DNA of 64,000 bases from Candidatus Curtissbacteria bacterium. Its GTDB lineage: Bacteria; Patescibacteriota; Microgenomatia; Curtissbacterales; GWA2-41-24. A model generated the notes under the pieces. It was given only the letters and a program-made list of their open reading frames with translations, ran no database searches and was not told the DNA's origin. The stretch lies in assembly GCA_016183325.1 (NCBI GenBank), contig JACPEV010000013.1, forward strand, positions 4,837-68,836, given 5' to 3'. The position numbers and the translations under genes were made by a program. Below are positions 1 to 9,675 of this stretch, piece after piece (position 1 is the stretch's first letter; every line of letters starts with the position of its first letter).

Positions 1-433
<433 letters not shown>

Positions 434-502
434 CTAAAACTTTTTAAATTTTTAAATTATTTAGGTCAATTAGATCAATTAGAATAATTAGGTTAATTTT
501 CA

Positions 503-1354
503 TTATTCAAGTGCTGCTTGCGCTGTTACAATATCCAAAAGTTCTTTGGTGATAGCTTCCTGGCGTGCTTGATTATAGGTTAGCGTTAGGTCTTCAACTA
601 AATCGCTGGCGGCGTCGGTGGCATTTTTCATGGCGACCATTCTGGCGCTGTGTTCCGAGGCTTTGGCTTCAAGTAAGGCTTGATAGATGCGGGTTAAAAC
701 AAAATGAGGCAGGATACTTTCCAGGATTCTGTCAGGCGAAGGTTCAAAAAGAAGAATATCCTTTAAGGGCCCATTTTCTGGTGATTTCACTTCTTCCAGC
801 TCAATTGGGAGGAGTTTAATAGTGGTTGGGACTTGTTTGATAGTGGTGACAAATTGCGGATAGACTATAAAAACGCTATTGACTTCTTGGGTTACAAAAG
901 AGCCAATGGCAAGTCTAGTTAAGGTTCTGGCAAGGTCTAAAAATGGTTGTTCATCCGACAAAAAGCTTGCTAAGAGCGACTTGCCGGTTTTGACGGTGAA
1001 AGTGAGGCCTTTTTTGCCGACGACGACAAATTTGACTGGATTGCCATTCTTGGTAGCAGCTTCTCTAATAACATTCAGATTGAGACCACCGACCAATCCA
1101 CGATCGGATGTTATTAAAATAACTAACTGAGACGGAGCACCAGTGGGCGTGAGTAATTGATGACGCTGTTTGTGAGTTTTTGGGCGGACTTCTGAGATCA
1201 TTTGATTGAGGGCAATAGTATAAGGCCGGGAAGAGAGAGCTTTTTCTTGGCTTTTGCGCATTTTGGCGGCGGCCACAAGTTCCATGGCATGGGTGACTTT
1301 GGCTGTATTATTGATAGACTTGATTCTTCTTTTGATTTCCCTGATTTGAGCCAT
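503..1354 (-). CDS. atpG: ATP synthase F1 gamma subunit
   Basis: IKRRIKSINNTAKVTHAMELVAAAK and YNQARQEAITKELLDI motifs. Confidence 0.97.
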   Translation of the reverse strand: MAQIREIKRRIKSINNTAKVTHAMELVAAAKMRKSQEKALSSRPYTIALNQMISEVRPKTHKQRHQLLTPTGAPSQLVILITSDRGLVGGLNLNVIREAATKNGNPVKFVVVGKKGLTFTVKTGKSLLASFLSDEQPFLDLARTLTRLAIGSFVTQEVNSVFIVYPQFVTTIKQVPTTIKLLPIELEEVKSPENGPLKDILLFEPSPDRILESILPHFVLTRIYQALLEAKASEHSARMVAMKNATDAASDLVEDLTLTYNQARQEAITKELLDIVTAQAALE

Positions 1355-1393
1355 AGCTGGGTTGTCAGGTCACTAGGTAATCTGGTTGTCAGG

Positions 1394-2995
1394 TTAGCGC
1401 CTCGACTTCCTCCTTTTTGGAACCGCTTTTTTGGGTTGCCTTTTTGTTTTACGTTCTTCCTGATTACCTGATGTCCCGGTCACCTGATTACCTAGCGACT
1501 GGATAAGTCGCTCTAATTCTTTGGTGGCATATTCATCGATTTCTTTTTTGGAATCAAGATAATCTTTAAGTTTTTTGTTGGTACTTATGGCAAGGATAAT
1601 TTGTTGTTCAACTTCGGTAACTTTAGAGACCGGAACTTGGTCAAAATAACCATGATTTGCCGCCCAGATGACAACAACCTGAAATGAGACATCCATGGGT
1701 TTTAACTGATCTTGCTTTAAAATTTCGACTAACCTCTTGCCGCGTTCGAGTCGGGCTTGAGTAGCCGCATCAAGGTCAGAACCAAACTGGGCAAATGTAG
1801 CAAGCTCTCTATACTGTGCTAGATCAAGACGAAGACTGCCGGCAACCTGCTTCATCATTTTAACTTGGGCGGCACCACCGACACGGGAGACAGAGAGTCC
1901 GGGATTAACAGCAGGCCTGATGCCGGCGTTAAAGAGGTCGGCTTCAAGGTATATTTGGCCATCGGTTATGGAGATGACATTGGTAGGAATGTAGGCAGAA
2001 ACATCGCCGGCTTGAGTTTCGATAATCGGTAGAGCTGTTAGGGAGCCGCCCCCGTGCTTGTCGCTCATTCTCGCTGCTCGCTCAAGTAATCTTGAGTGAA
2101 GATAAAAGATGTCGCCAGGATAGGCTTCACGGCCAGAGGGTCGTTTGAGAAGAAGCGAAATTTGTCGGAAGGCCCAAGCATGTTTGGTGAGATCGTCGTA
2201 GATTACCAGAGCATCACTACCCTGGTCCATGAAATACTCTCCCATTGCACAGCCAGCATAGGGAGCAACATATTGCATAGTTGCCGAATCAGAGGCTGAG
2301 GCGGCAACGACGATTGTGTGATCCATGGCCTTGTATTTTTTGAGAGTGGCGACAACATGGGCGATTTTGCTGGTTTTTTGGCCGATGGCAACGTAAATGC
2401 AGATAACATTCTTGCCCTTTTGATTGATGATGGTGTCGATACAGATAGCGGTTTTACCTAAAGTTCGGTCTCCGATAATAAGTTCTCGCTGACCACGGCC
2501 AATTGGAATCATTGAGTCGATAGCCTTAAGACCAGTTTGAAGCGGAGTGTTGACTCTCTGGCGAAAAATAACGCCGGGAGCTATTTTTTCGGTGGGGTAG
2601 AAGGTGCGAGTATTAATCGGGCCTTTGCCGTCAATGGGTTTACCAAGGGCATCCACAACCCGGCCAATAAGAGCGTCACCTACCGGGACTTCGAGGACTC
2701 TACCGGTTGTTTGACACTCATCACCTTCCTGCAGTTTTGCCCATTCACCAAAGATAATAACACCTACATTGTCTTGTTCTAAATTAAGAGCAAGACCGGT
2801 GATATTATGGCCACCGGCCCGGTGGGCCTCTGGCCCGGAGGGAGGGAAGGAAACAATTTCTGAGGCGGCTACGTCTGAAAGACCAGAGACTTGAGCTACG
2901 CCGTCGCCAATTTCGATGATTTTGCCCACGTTTTTGGGAGTTGTAGTCAGTTTTGCTCTGTCTATGTGCTTTTCGATTTCGTCGATAATGTCCAT
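1394..2995 (-). CDS. atpA: ATP synthase F1 alpha subunit
   Basis: [17 protein letters not shown] and [19 protein letters not shown]; carries a short insert ([13 protein letters not shown]) and a basic C-terminal tail. Confidence 0.98.
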   Translation of the reverse strand: MDIIDEIEKHIDRAKLTTTPKNVGKIIEIGDGVAQVSGLSDVAASEIVSFPPSGPEAHRAGGHNITGLALNLEQDNVGVIIFGEWAKLQEGDECQTTGRVLEVPVGDALIGRVVDALGKPIDGKGPINTRTFYPTEKIAPGVIFRQRVNTPLQTGLKAIDSMIPIGRGQRELIIGDRTLGKTAICIDTIINQKGKNVICIYVAIGQKTSKIAHVVATLKKYKAMDHTIVVAASASDSATMQYVAPYAGCAMGEYFMDQGSDALVIYDDLTKHAWAFRQISLLLKRPSGREAYPGDIFYLHSRLLERAARMSDKHGGGSLTALPIIETQAGDVSAYIPTNVISITDGQIYLEADLFNAGIRPAVNPGLSVSRVGGAAQVKMMKQVAGSLRLDLAQYRELATFAQFGSDLDAATQARLERGKRLVEILKQDQLKPMDVSFQVVVIWAANHGYFDQVPVSKVTEVEQQIILAISTNKKLKDYLDSKKEIDEYATKELERLIQSLGNQVTGTSGNQEERKTKRQPKKAVPKRRKSRR

Positions 2996-3164
2996 ATTTA
3001 GAAATTGGTTACTGGAAACTGGAAAGTGGTAATAGAAATTTGATAGTAGAAAATAGTTAACAGTTAATTTTCTATCTTTCTATTTTCCATTTTCCATTAC
3101 AATTTTCAACTTTCTAATAACCATTTTCTTCCTAATTCAGATTTCGTGTTTCGAATTTCGAATT

Positions 3165-3551
3165 TCATATCTCAGCTGTTAATTGTTTAAGTTTTGCCTC
3201 CAGTGTGGCGTCCCAAATCCAGTCGCCGTGAGTTATCTTGGTGCCTGAGATAAACACTGGGTTAGTTTTAAATAAAATTTTTCGGGCATGGGTTTTTTCA
3301 ATTAGAGTTTTTTCGAGTTGTTTCCAATTAGTCGGTTTTTGTGCGGCTTCCACAATGACTTCTTCTTTTGCGAGGGATGTTTCTACTTGTCTTTTGAAAG
3401 CTTTCAAGATATTAGAATAACCTGCCGGTTTTTGTCTTGATAGTGCTTTTAATACCAGGTGAATCTTACTGGGTTCAATGTGGCCTTCAGGAGTGCAGCA
3501 TTTTTTGCATAACGATTTAGCAATTTGGATAGTCTTTTTGCGGCTTATCAT
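3165..3551 (-). CDS. atpH: ATP synthase delta subunit (short form)
   Basis: Lies between atpF and atpA; C-terminal ISGTKITHGDWIWDATL resembles the delta C-terminal motif. Confidence 0.8.
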   Translation of the reverse strand: MISRKKTIQIAKSLCKKCCTPEGHIEPSKIHLVLKALSRQKPAGYSNILKAFKRQVETSLAKEEVIVEAAQKPTNWKQLEKTLIEKTHARKILFKTNPVFISGTKITHGDWIWDATLEAKLKQLTAEI

Positions 3552-3552
3552 T

Positions 3553-4056
3553 TTACATTTGTTTAGTTATTTCTGTTATAGCTTTTGAGGTTAATTCTTG
3601 TTTTTCTTGAGTTTTTAGAGTTCGACCTAAAACTTTTTTGACTACTTCTGCAACGAGGACCAGTGTTTCTTTTTCAAGTTGTTTTTGCATCTGTCGCTTT
3701 TGGATTTGAGATTGGGCGATAGCTTCTTTTTTAGCTTCGTCAATCGTTTTTTTGGCTTCATCAAGCGCCTGTTGAGAGATACGCTCCGACTCTTTATTTG
3801 CTTGAGTGATTAATTCTTGGGCACTCTCTCTTGCTTCTTCAAGAATTTGGATGGATTTTTCTTCGGTCATTTTTAGGTTCTTTTCAATCAGATCGGCATT
3901 TTTTAAACTTTCCTCAATTCTTTTTTTGCGATCTTCCAGGGCTTTGGTGATGGGTTTATAAAAGAACTTTTTTAAAAGGAAAAGAATAATTAAAAAGTTG
4001 ACAATTTGGGCAAGAAGGTAAATTGGTTGAATGCCGAAATTATGTAAAATCTCCAT
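3553..4056 (-). CDS. atpF: ATP synthase Fo b subunit
   Basis: AQIVNFLIILFLLKKFFYKPI membrane anchor followed by coiled coil. Confidence 0.95.
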   Translation of the reverse strand: MEILHNFGIQPIYLLAQIVNFLIILFLLKKFFYKPITKALEDRKKRIEESLKNADLIEKNLKMTEEKSIQILEEARESAQELITQANKESERISQQALDEAKKTIDEAKKEAIAQSQIQKRQMQKQLEKETLVLVAEVVKKVLGRTLKTQEKQELTSKAITEITKQM

Positions 4057-4145
4057 AGAAATTTTGGGTTATCAGGTTTCCAGGTAGTCAGGTCGTCGGG
4101 AAACAAAACCTGATTACCCGATAGCCTGAATACCTGATTACCAGC

Positions 4146-4373
<228 letters not shown>

Positions 4374-4405
4374 CTAAGTCACTTAAGTCACTTAGGATAC
4401 TTAAG

Positions 4406-5212
4406 TCAATGCGTTTTCTGCGTTAAGATTACCATAAAAACTAAAGTAAGCATAGAGAAAATTAAGGCTTGGACAAATCCGATCAGAATTTCCAAGAAGT
4501 AAAAAGGGATCGGTACAATAAAGGCAAAAAGTTTTGTTGAGGCGGTTGCCAAAAGGACTTCGCCTGCAAAGATGTTTCCGAAAAGACGAAAAGATAGAGA
4601 TAGGATTTTGGTTATCTCACCGATGATTTCCAAAAAACCGACGAACAGGAAAATTGGATTAAGGCTCAGGAATTTTGCGATATAACCTGAGAGACCTAGA
4701 TATTTGATTGATAAATAATGTGTTGTTACCAGTGAGACTATTGCAAGAGCTACAGTTGTATTTAAATCGGAATTTATTGATCTAAAAAATGGTACGAAGA
4801 CTGGTAGCTGGCCTTCGGCTCTGAGGTCTTCGACTCCGAGGCTCAGACTCGAGGAGCTCAGACTCGAAGAGTTGCTGGTAGCTGGTTGCTGGTAGAATCC
4901 TATAGTGCCAACACCAGGAATTAACCCGAGATAATTGCCAAATAAAATAAAAAAGAAAAAACTGGCTATAATTGGCAAAAAAACTTTAGTTTTGTCACCG
5001 GCTATTGTAATGACTAAATCCTGGAATGACTCGAGCATGAATTCGGCAATATTTTGGAAACCTTGGGGAATGGCGGTAATTTTTTTGGTAGCGGTTAGGG
5101 CAAAAGTGATTAAGATAATCGTGACAAGCCAAGTTGTGAGAAGACTGTTGGTGACAGGCAATGGACCTATTGAAAATAATTTCTCTGCCGCTAGAGCAAC
5201 GTGCGCTTCCAT
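4406..5212 (-). CDS. atpB: ATP synthase Fo a subunit
   Basis: SLSFRLFGNIFAGE motif; contains a Ser-rich insert. Confidence 0.96.
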   Translation of the reverse strand: MEAHVALAAEKLFSIGPLPVTNSLLTTWLVTIILITFALTATKKITAIPQGFQNIAEFMLESFQDLVITIAGDKTKVFLPIIASFFFFILFGNYLGLIPGVGTIGFYQQPATSNSSSLSSSSLSLGVEDLRAEGQLPVFVPFFRSINSDLNTTVALAIVSLVTTHYLSIKYLGLSGYIAKFLSLNPIFLFVGFLEIIGEITKILSLSFRLFGNIFAGEVLLATASTKLFAFIVPIPFYFLEILIGFVQALIFSMLTLVFMVILTQKTH

Positions 5213-5223
5213 GTCTAATTACA

Positions 5224-5586
5224 TTATAAAGGGCTGATTCCCTGAAATGTTGCAATAAGAGTATTAACAACGAGCGAAGGTTTAATTTCTCTTAGCGAGT
5301 TTGCAAACTTATTGGCGTTTTGGCGATGTGTTTCAATCGAATTGTCTTGTTGGTATGCTCCGCAATCTTCATGTTCGTAAATATAAACTTGGTCAGGGTC
5401 ATGAAGTCTTATAGAAAGCGCAGTAGCTTCGAGGACTTTATCGTGGTCTTTTGATGCTCCGGGCCAGGAGATGCGGTCGCAATTTCCTTCAAGATGTCGT
5501 TTTTCAAGATCTTTTTCGATCATTTGTTGAAAGCGGAAGTCGATACAGGTAATGGCAGCCGCTTGAGCTTTGTGTTTAACTGACAT
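5224..5586 (-). CDS. Beta-carbonic anhydrase-like protein
   Basis: CIDFR and HEDCGAY match the CxD...HxxC zinc ligands; start taken at the MSVKHK ATG. Confidence 0.75.
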   Translation of the reverse strand: MSVKHKAQAAAITCIDFRFQQMIEKDLEKRHLEGNCDRISWPGASKDHDKVLEATALSIRLHDPDQVYIYEHEDCGAYQQDNSIETHRQNANKFANSLREIKPSLVVNTLIATFQGISPL

Positions 5587-5841
5587 AATTTTCCCTAAAA
5601 AAAGGCTGTTTGGACTATCCAAACGCCTCAAGGGGATTATATATCAGCCATGTTTTGATTGGCAAGCTGGTATACTAATAATCTAATCGAAATGATCTAC
5701 TTTCCTGAAGTCATTCTCGACCTGTCTGCTTCCAGCGACCCGCAGGGGTCGAGAATCCAGATCCTCGCTCTGAATTAATAATTCGAGTCGTAGACTTTCG
5801 CGAGGATGACAAATAAGGGCGCGGAATAACGAGAGATAAAG

Positions 5842-5988
5842 ATGTTAATTAAATTTCTATTTTTTCTTCTTGCGATTGGACTTATCTTTTTAACGTTTTT
5901 TGTTTCGTGGTTTTGGAGGCTTCTTCTTGTGCCGATGATTGTGATTTTGTTGTGGGATGGAGTTAGAGGGTTGATAGGAAAGAATTGA
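5842..5988 (+). CDS. Small hydrophobic membrane protein (48 aa, below the ORF track cutoff)
   Basis: Manual translation MLIKFLFFLLAIGLIFLTFFVSWFWRLLLVPMIVILLWDGVRGLIGKN; two hydrophobic stretches. Confidence 0.5.
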   Translation: MLIKFLFFLLAIGLIFLTFFVSWFWRLLLVPMIVILLWDGVRGLIGKN

Positions 5989-6035
5989 CCTAATTCACCT
6001 AATTGATCTAATTTCTAACTTCGGTCAACTTAGGA

Positions 6036-6059
6036 TTACAGCTCTTCGAGCTTAACCCT
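6036..6059 (-). pseudogene. Recoded duplicate of the last codons of the Xer recombinase (RVKLEEL*)
   Basis: AGG GTT AAG CTC GAA GAG CTG TAA versus the true end AAA GTA AAG TTA GAG GAA CTC TAA. Confidence 0.7.
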
Positions 6060-6080
6060 TCAACTGCGTTCAGGGTAAAG

Positions 6081-6953
6081 TTAGAGTTCCTCTAACTTTA
6101 CTTTCTCCTCGCCGTGGGGGAGTTGGATTAGGGAAAGATAGCGCTCGGTTGTGGAAAGACGTTTGTGGCCGGCGATTTTACTGATTAAGACGAGTGAGGC
6201 ACCGGATGAGAGGTGATGTGAAACCCAGGTGTGTCTGAGGTCATTGACTTTGGCGCCAGTAATTCCAGCTTTTCTGTAATTGCGGTCGATAGCAGTTCTT
6301 ATATTTCTGACTAGAAGAGGTTTGCCAGTTTTGGTAATGAAGAGAGCTTTGTTGGCGGTTTTTGGTCTGATTTCTATGTATCTTTTAAGAGCGATTTCGG
6401 CCGATTTGTTTAAGGGAACTGTTCTTTCGTTTCTGTTTTCCTGGGGTCTTACGTAAAGGTGGCCTTCTTTGCCATTACCAAAGAAGACGTCATCGGTTCG
6501 CAGGTTTGCCAGCTCGCCAATTCTGATGCCACATTGAAGTAGTACTTCGATAATGGCGGCGATTCTAATGTCATCTCGGGCTGCGTCGCGAAGAGCTCTA
6601 TATTCGGTTGGTGAGAGAATTCTTGGAGGTTTGGTTTCAAATTTTGGATGGTCAACGAGATTAGCCGGGTCATCGGTTATGTATTCCTGGATCTTTAGGA
6701 AGCGGAAGAAAGTTTTAGTGGAGTTTAACTTTCGAGAGATAGACTTTGGGGTATAACCATTTTTTTGAAGTTTGGCCAGAAAGCCGTTGATATCATCTGC
6801 CGTGACTTCGTGGACGTGAGCCTTGGATAGTTCCTGTAAAAATTCGACAAGCTGTTCGATATCTTTGCCGTAGGCTAAGATTGTGGCAGACGTACGTTTT
6901 TTATTTTTAAGATGCTCAATAAATTCCTTATGAGCTTCTGACAATTTCTTCAT
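6081..6953 (-). CDS. Tyrosine recombinase, XerC/XerD family
   Basis: SAM-like N-terminal domain, CGIRIGEL, NDLRHT, IAGHKRLSTTERY catalytic motifs. Confidence 0.92.
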   Translation of the reverse strand: MKKLSEAHKEFIEHLKNKKRTSATILAYGKDIEQLVEFLQELSKAHVHEVTADDINGFLAKLQKNGYTPKSISRKLNSTKTFFRFLKIQEYITDDPANLVDHPKFETKPPRILSPTEYRALRDAARDDIRIAAIIEVLLQCGIRIGELANLRTDDVFFGNGKEGHLYVRPQENRNERTVPLNKSAEIALKRYIEIRPKTANKALFITKTGKPLLVRNIRTAIDRNYRKAGITGAKVNDLRHTWVSHHLSSGASLVLISKIAGHKRLSTTERYLSLIQLPHGEEKVKLEEL

Positions 6954-7111
6954 AAGATCTAAGCAGACACATTTGGCAGTAGATAGGGTGGGGTATCACA
7001 AACAGTGGTCAGTATACTGCAGTCTATGGGTCTTGTCAAGAAGAAAACCTATGGGGTCTTATTTTAATTCAAACCGGGCGCGAGATATGATAGTTTAGGG
7101 GTTAACTTGGG

Positions 7112-7462
7112 ATGAAACGTAACCTGCTACTTTTAGGAGCCGTTTTGATTAGCATTATCTTGGTTGTAAATAGTACCAAGAAGATCATGATGTTTAGAAG
7201 TACATCGCAGAAGATAGATGATCTTGAGGCTAGGTTGGAGAGGTTAAGGGAAGAGAATCGCCAACTTAAAGAAGAGCTTGAATATAAAAAAACTGACCAG
7301 TTTGCGGAAGGTGAGATTAGGAATAAGTTGGGTTTGGTTAAGGAAGGCGAGGCAGTGGTGATTGTGCCCAAGGCCGACGAACGAGAAACGACTAACGAGG
7401 AAAGTCAAGGACCCAAGCAGTCAAACTGGCAGAAGTGGTGGGATATGTTTTTTGGAAGTTAG
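7112..7462 (+). CDS. Septum formation initiator (FtsB/DivIC family)
   Basis: N-terminal TM helix, coiled coil, EIRNKLGLVKEGE motif. Confidence 0.85.
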   Translation: MKRNLLLLGAVLISIILVVNSTKKIMMFRSTSQKIDDLEARLERLREENRQLKEELEYKKTDQFAEGEIRNKLGLVKEGEAVVIVPKADERETTNEESQGPKQSNWQKWWDMFFGS

Positions 7463-7686
7463 TGACAGGGGTGGGAATCGAACCCACAACCTAGAGGTTA
7501 TATCTTCCTCTCGCCAAAGGCGAGAGCGATATATCACCTTGTGGCAACGGCAGGATTCGAACCTGCGACCTAGGCTTTATGAGGGCCCCGCTCTACCACT
7601 GAGCTACGCTGCCGAAGATATATCAGATTCCCGCTCTGCGGGAAGGCTGATATGATTCTCTCGCTCTACCATTGAGCTACCCTGCC
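7463..7686 (-). tRNA. tRNA(CAU), Met or Ile2, interrupted after position 37 by a ~152-nt insert; 5' half 7686-7651, 3' half 7498-7463
   Basis: GGCAGGG TAGCTCAATGGTAGAGC GAGAGA ATCATA ... A CCTCT AGGTT GTGGG TTCGATT CCCAC CCCTGTC A; the halves are mutually complementary. Confidence 0.8.
7542..7613 (-). tRNA. tRNA(CAU), Met or Ile2, intact, nested inside the interrupted tRNA
   Basis: GGCAGCGTAGCTCAGTGGTAGAGCGGGGCCCTCATAAAGCCTAGGTCGCAGGTTCGAATCCTGCCGTTGCCA folds as a cloverleaf. Confidence 0.92.
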
Positions 7687-7699
7687 GAATGTAAGAGGT

Positions 7700-7708
7700 A
7701 TTCTAACA
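7700..7708 (-). promoter_or_regulatory. Extended -10 element (TGnTAGAAT) upstream of the interrupted tRNA
   Basis: TGTTAGAAT 13 nt before the outer tRNA 5' end. Confidence 0.5.
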
Positions 7709-7721
7709 AAAGTTTTTAGAT

Positions 7722-7758
7722 AAAAAAAGACTCGGCCACTTGTGTCGAATCTTTTTTG
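7722..7758. terminator. Probable bidirectional intrinsic terminator downstream of tRNA-fMet
   Basis: A-tract, imperfect hairpin gactcggc...gtcgaatc, T-tract. Confidence 0.5.
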
Positions 7759-7863
7759 ATGTTCTATTTTGTTTTAACCAACTTCCGAAGGAAGTTGAAA
7801 CGAGAAATGACGTAGCGGTTAAGTTTCTTTAGAAGAAACTGTTAAGCGAAGTCCATTTCGAGT

Positions 7864-7937
7864 TGGTAGCGGGGGCGGGAGTCGAACCCACTTCTGGAGA
7901 TTATGAGCCTCCCGAGATACCGTTTCTCCACCCCGCG
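7864..7937 (-). tRNA. Initiator tRNA-fMet (CAU)
   Basis: CGCGGGG...CCCCGCT-A-CCA with unpaired C1; anticodon loop CTCATAA; encoded CCA. Confidence 0.93.
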
Positions 7938-8051
7938 TCGAATATTAATTCAGTTTGCCTATTTTAGCCTTAGACGAACGGCAAGTCAAGCCTGTAGTAT
8001 CAGCCCCATAGTTTGACGGGTTTGAAGTGGCTTGATATAATTCCGATTATT

Positions 8052-8627
8052 ATGAGCAATGTGGAGAGGAATTTTATCCAGAGCAGAGGAGAGTTTTTTC
8101 CCGTAAAGGAGGTTTCAGCCGAGGGTGCTGAGCCGCAAAGTTTACTTGTAGCGCTTCTGAAAACACGGATAGCAGATTTGGAAAGGGCCGTACAGGTATT
8201 AGGGGAAGCTGCGAAGAGGGTGCAAGCTTCGGAGGCAAAAGCTCGGGAAGCTGAACAGAAAGCAACTTCATATGCAACGCGGCTTGGAGATACTTTAGTG
8301 ATTAACCAAAATTTGATTAGAGAGAATCAATCTTTAAGAAGAGAAAATGAAGCAATTAAACAAACAGCTCTTAATGCTGCTAAACCACGTGAACGAGCTG
8401 TGGATCCACGGGATCCACAAGGTTACTATAGAGCATTAGGAGTTGATCCTGACGATGTAGGGAGGATGCCTGTTGATGAAGCTGACGATTACATCACAAG
8501 ATTGTGGCGTACCCATTCAATGGTTCGACATCCAGATCATGGTGGAGATACAAGAAGGCAACAGGTTTTAAATGAAGCTTATGAGTTTTTAAAAAGTCCT
8601 CTTAATAGACGTCAATACGGTAGGTAG
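8052..8627 (+). CDS. Coiled-coil protein with C-terminal J domain
   Basis: YYRALGV...HPDHGG...LNEAYEFL (HPD motif). Confidence 0.8.
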   Translation: MSNVERNFIQSRGEFFPVKEVSAEGAEPQSLLVALLKTRIADLERAVQVLGEAAKRVQASEAKAREAEQKATSYATRLGDTLVINQNLIRENQSLRRENEAIKQTALNAAKPRERAVDPRDPQGYYRALGVDPDDVGRMPVDEADDYITRLWRTHSMVRHPDHGGDTRRQQVLNEAYEFLKSPLNRRQYGR

Positions 8628-8761
8628 GTGATTTGCATCTTTTGACATTGGTTGATATAATTAGAATTGAAAAGTTGCAATGCTCTTTTGAGGTGGATTA
8701 GGGATCGAACTCGCCACCGAGTCAGACTCGGTTACAGGTGAGTTTTTTTGTGGGAAAAATT

Positions 8762-9001
8762 ATGATTGAAATGATTTATGGTAACGGAGTACCCCAGGAA
8801 GTTAGGGTTAGGGGACAAAGGTCGGGTCATGTTTGTTCTTTCTGTGGGGATGTTGCTAAACATTCGATAATGGTAAGCGCTTTTTTTGATAATCAACGGA
8901 GCGAAGATTTGATGCGGTTTAGGACTTGTGGGGATTGCGAAGGGTTAAGAACGATAGGTGAACTTTCTGAAGACGACCTGATGTTACGTTATAATAAATG
9001 A
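8762..9001 (+). CDS. Small hypothetical protein with putative zinc finger
   Basis: CSFC and CGDC pairs. Confidence 0.5.
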   Translation: MIEMIYGNGVPQEVRVRGQRSGHVCSFCGDVAKHSIMVSAFFDNQRSEDLMRFRTCGDCEGLRTIGELSEDDLMLRYNK

Positions 9002-9023
9002 CAAGTACCACAAAGAGGAGCAG

Positions 9024-9104
9024 ATGACTAAAAAGAGGATATTGACAGGAGATAGACCTACCGGCAGATTACATCTGGGGCATTATGTCGGCTCGCTTGA
9101 ATGA
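9024..9104 (+). pseudogene. Truncated duplicate of the trpS 5' end ([26 protein letters not shown])
   Basis: 9029-9098 matches 9693-9762 at 67/70 nt; GAGGAG SD upstream; its stop overlaps the NYN ATG. Confidence 0.9.
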
Positions 9105-9622
9105 AAAGGAGTAAGAAAACCGTCAAGACTTATGCGTTTGTTGATGCCTCCAATATTATTTATGGAACGCGCGATGATGGATGGAAGGTTGATTTTAAGA
9201 AGTTGTTTAAGTATTTAAAAGAGCGTTATAACTGTAAGGCAATTTACTATTTTGGAGGGGTTGAGAAAAACAACGAAAAACAGCAATCTTTTTACAGGAA
9301 GCTCAGATTTTTTGGCTATGAACTTGTTCTAAAGCCAGTCAAGATCTATCGTCAGCCTGATGGTGGTTCTGTCAGGAAGGCGAATTGTGATGTGGACCTC
9401 ACGTTTTATGCGATGAGAGATAAGGACAAATTCGATCGTGGTATCTTTATGACAGGGGATGGGGATTTTGCAATTCTATTGGAATATCTTATTAAGAGCG
9501 GTAAACAAGTTCAGGTTATTGCAAGTGGCAAGCGTACAGCTAGAGAATTACGAAGGGTGGTAAGAGAATATTTTACTGAGATAGGATCATTGAGGCAATT
9601 ACTTAAGTATAAAAAAAGGTAG
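9101..9622 (+). CDS. NYN domain (LabA/DUF88, PIN-like) protein
   Basis: [14 protein letters not shown] and TGDGDF motifs. Confidence 0.9.
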   Translation: MKRSKKTVKTYAFVDASNIIYGTRDDGWKVDFKKLFKYLKERYNCKAIYYFGGVEKNNEKQQSFYRKLRFFGYELVLKPVKIYRQPDGGSVRKANCDVDLTFYAMRDKDKFDRGIFMTGDGDFAILLEYLIKSGKQVQVIASGKRTARELRRVVREYFTEIGSLRQLLKYKKR

Positions 9623-9675
9623 ACTCTACGAACGAATCTACCTTATGTTTTATGAAATCAAGATAACAGATATTT

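Noticed and set aside
6081-6953. Prophage or island integrase next to the tRNAs
   Set aside because: Size and motifs fit a housekeeping XerC/D, the neighbours are core genes, and no phage genes or att pair were seen.
7499-7650. Group I intron or archaeal bulge-helix-bulge intron in the tRNA
   Set aside because: The insert is fully accounted for by a tRNA and two hairpins and does not end in G, and positions 32-35 cannot form the canonical 4-bp helix with the insert end.
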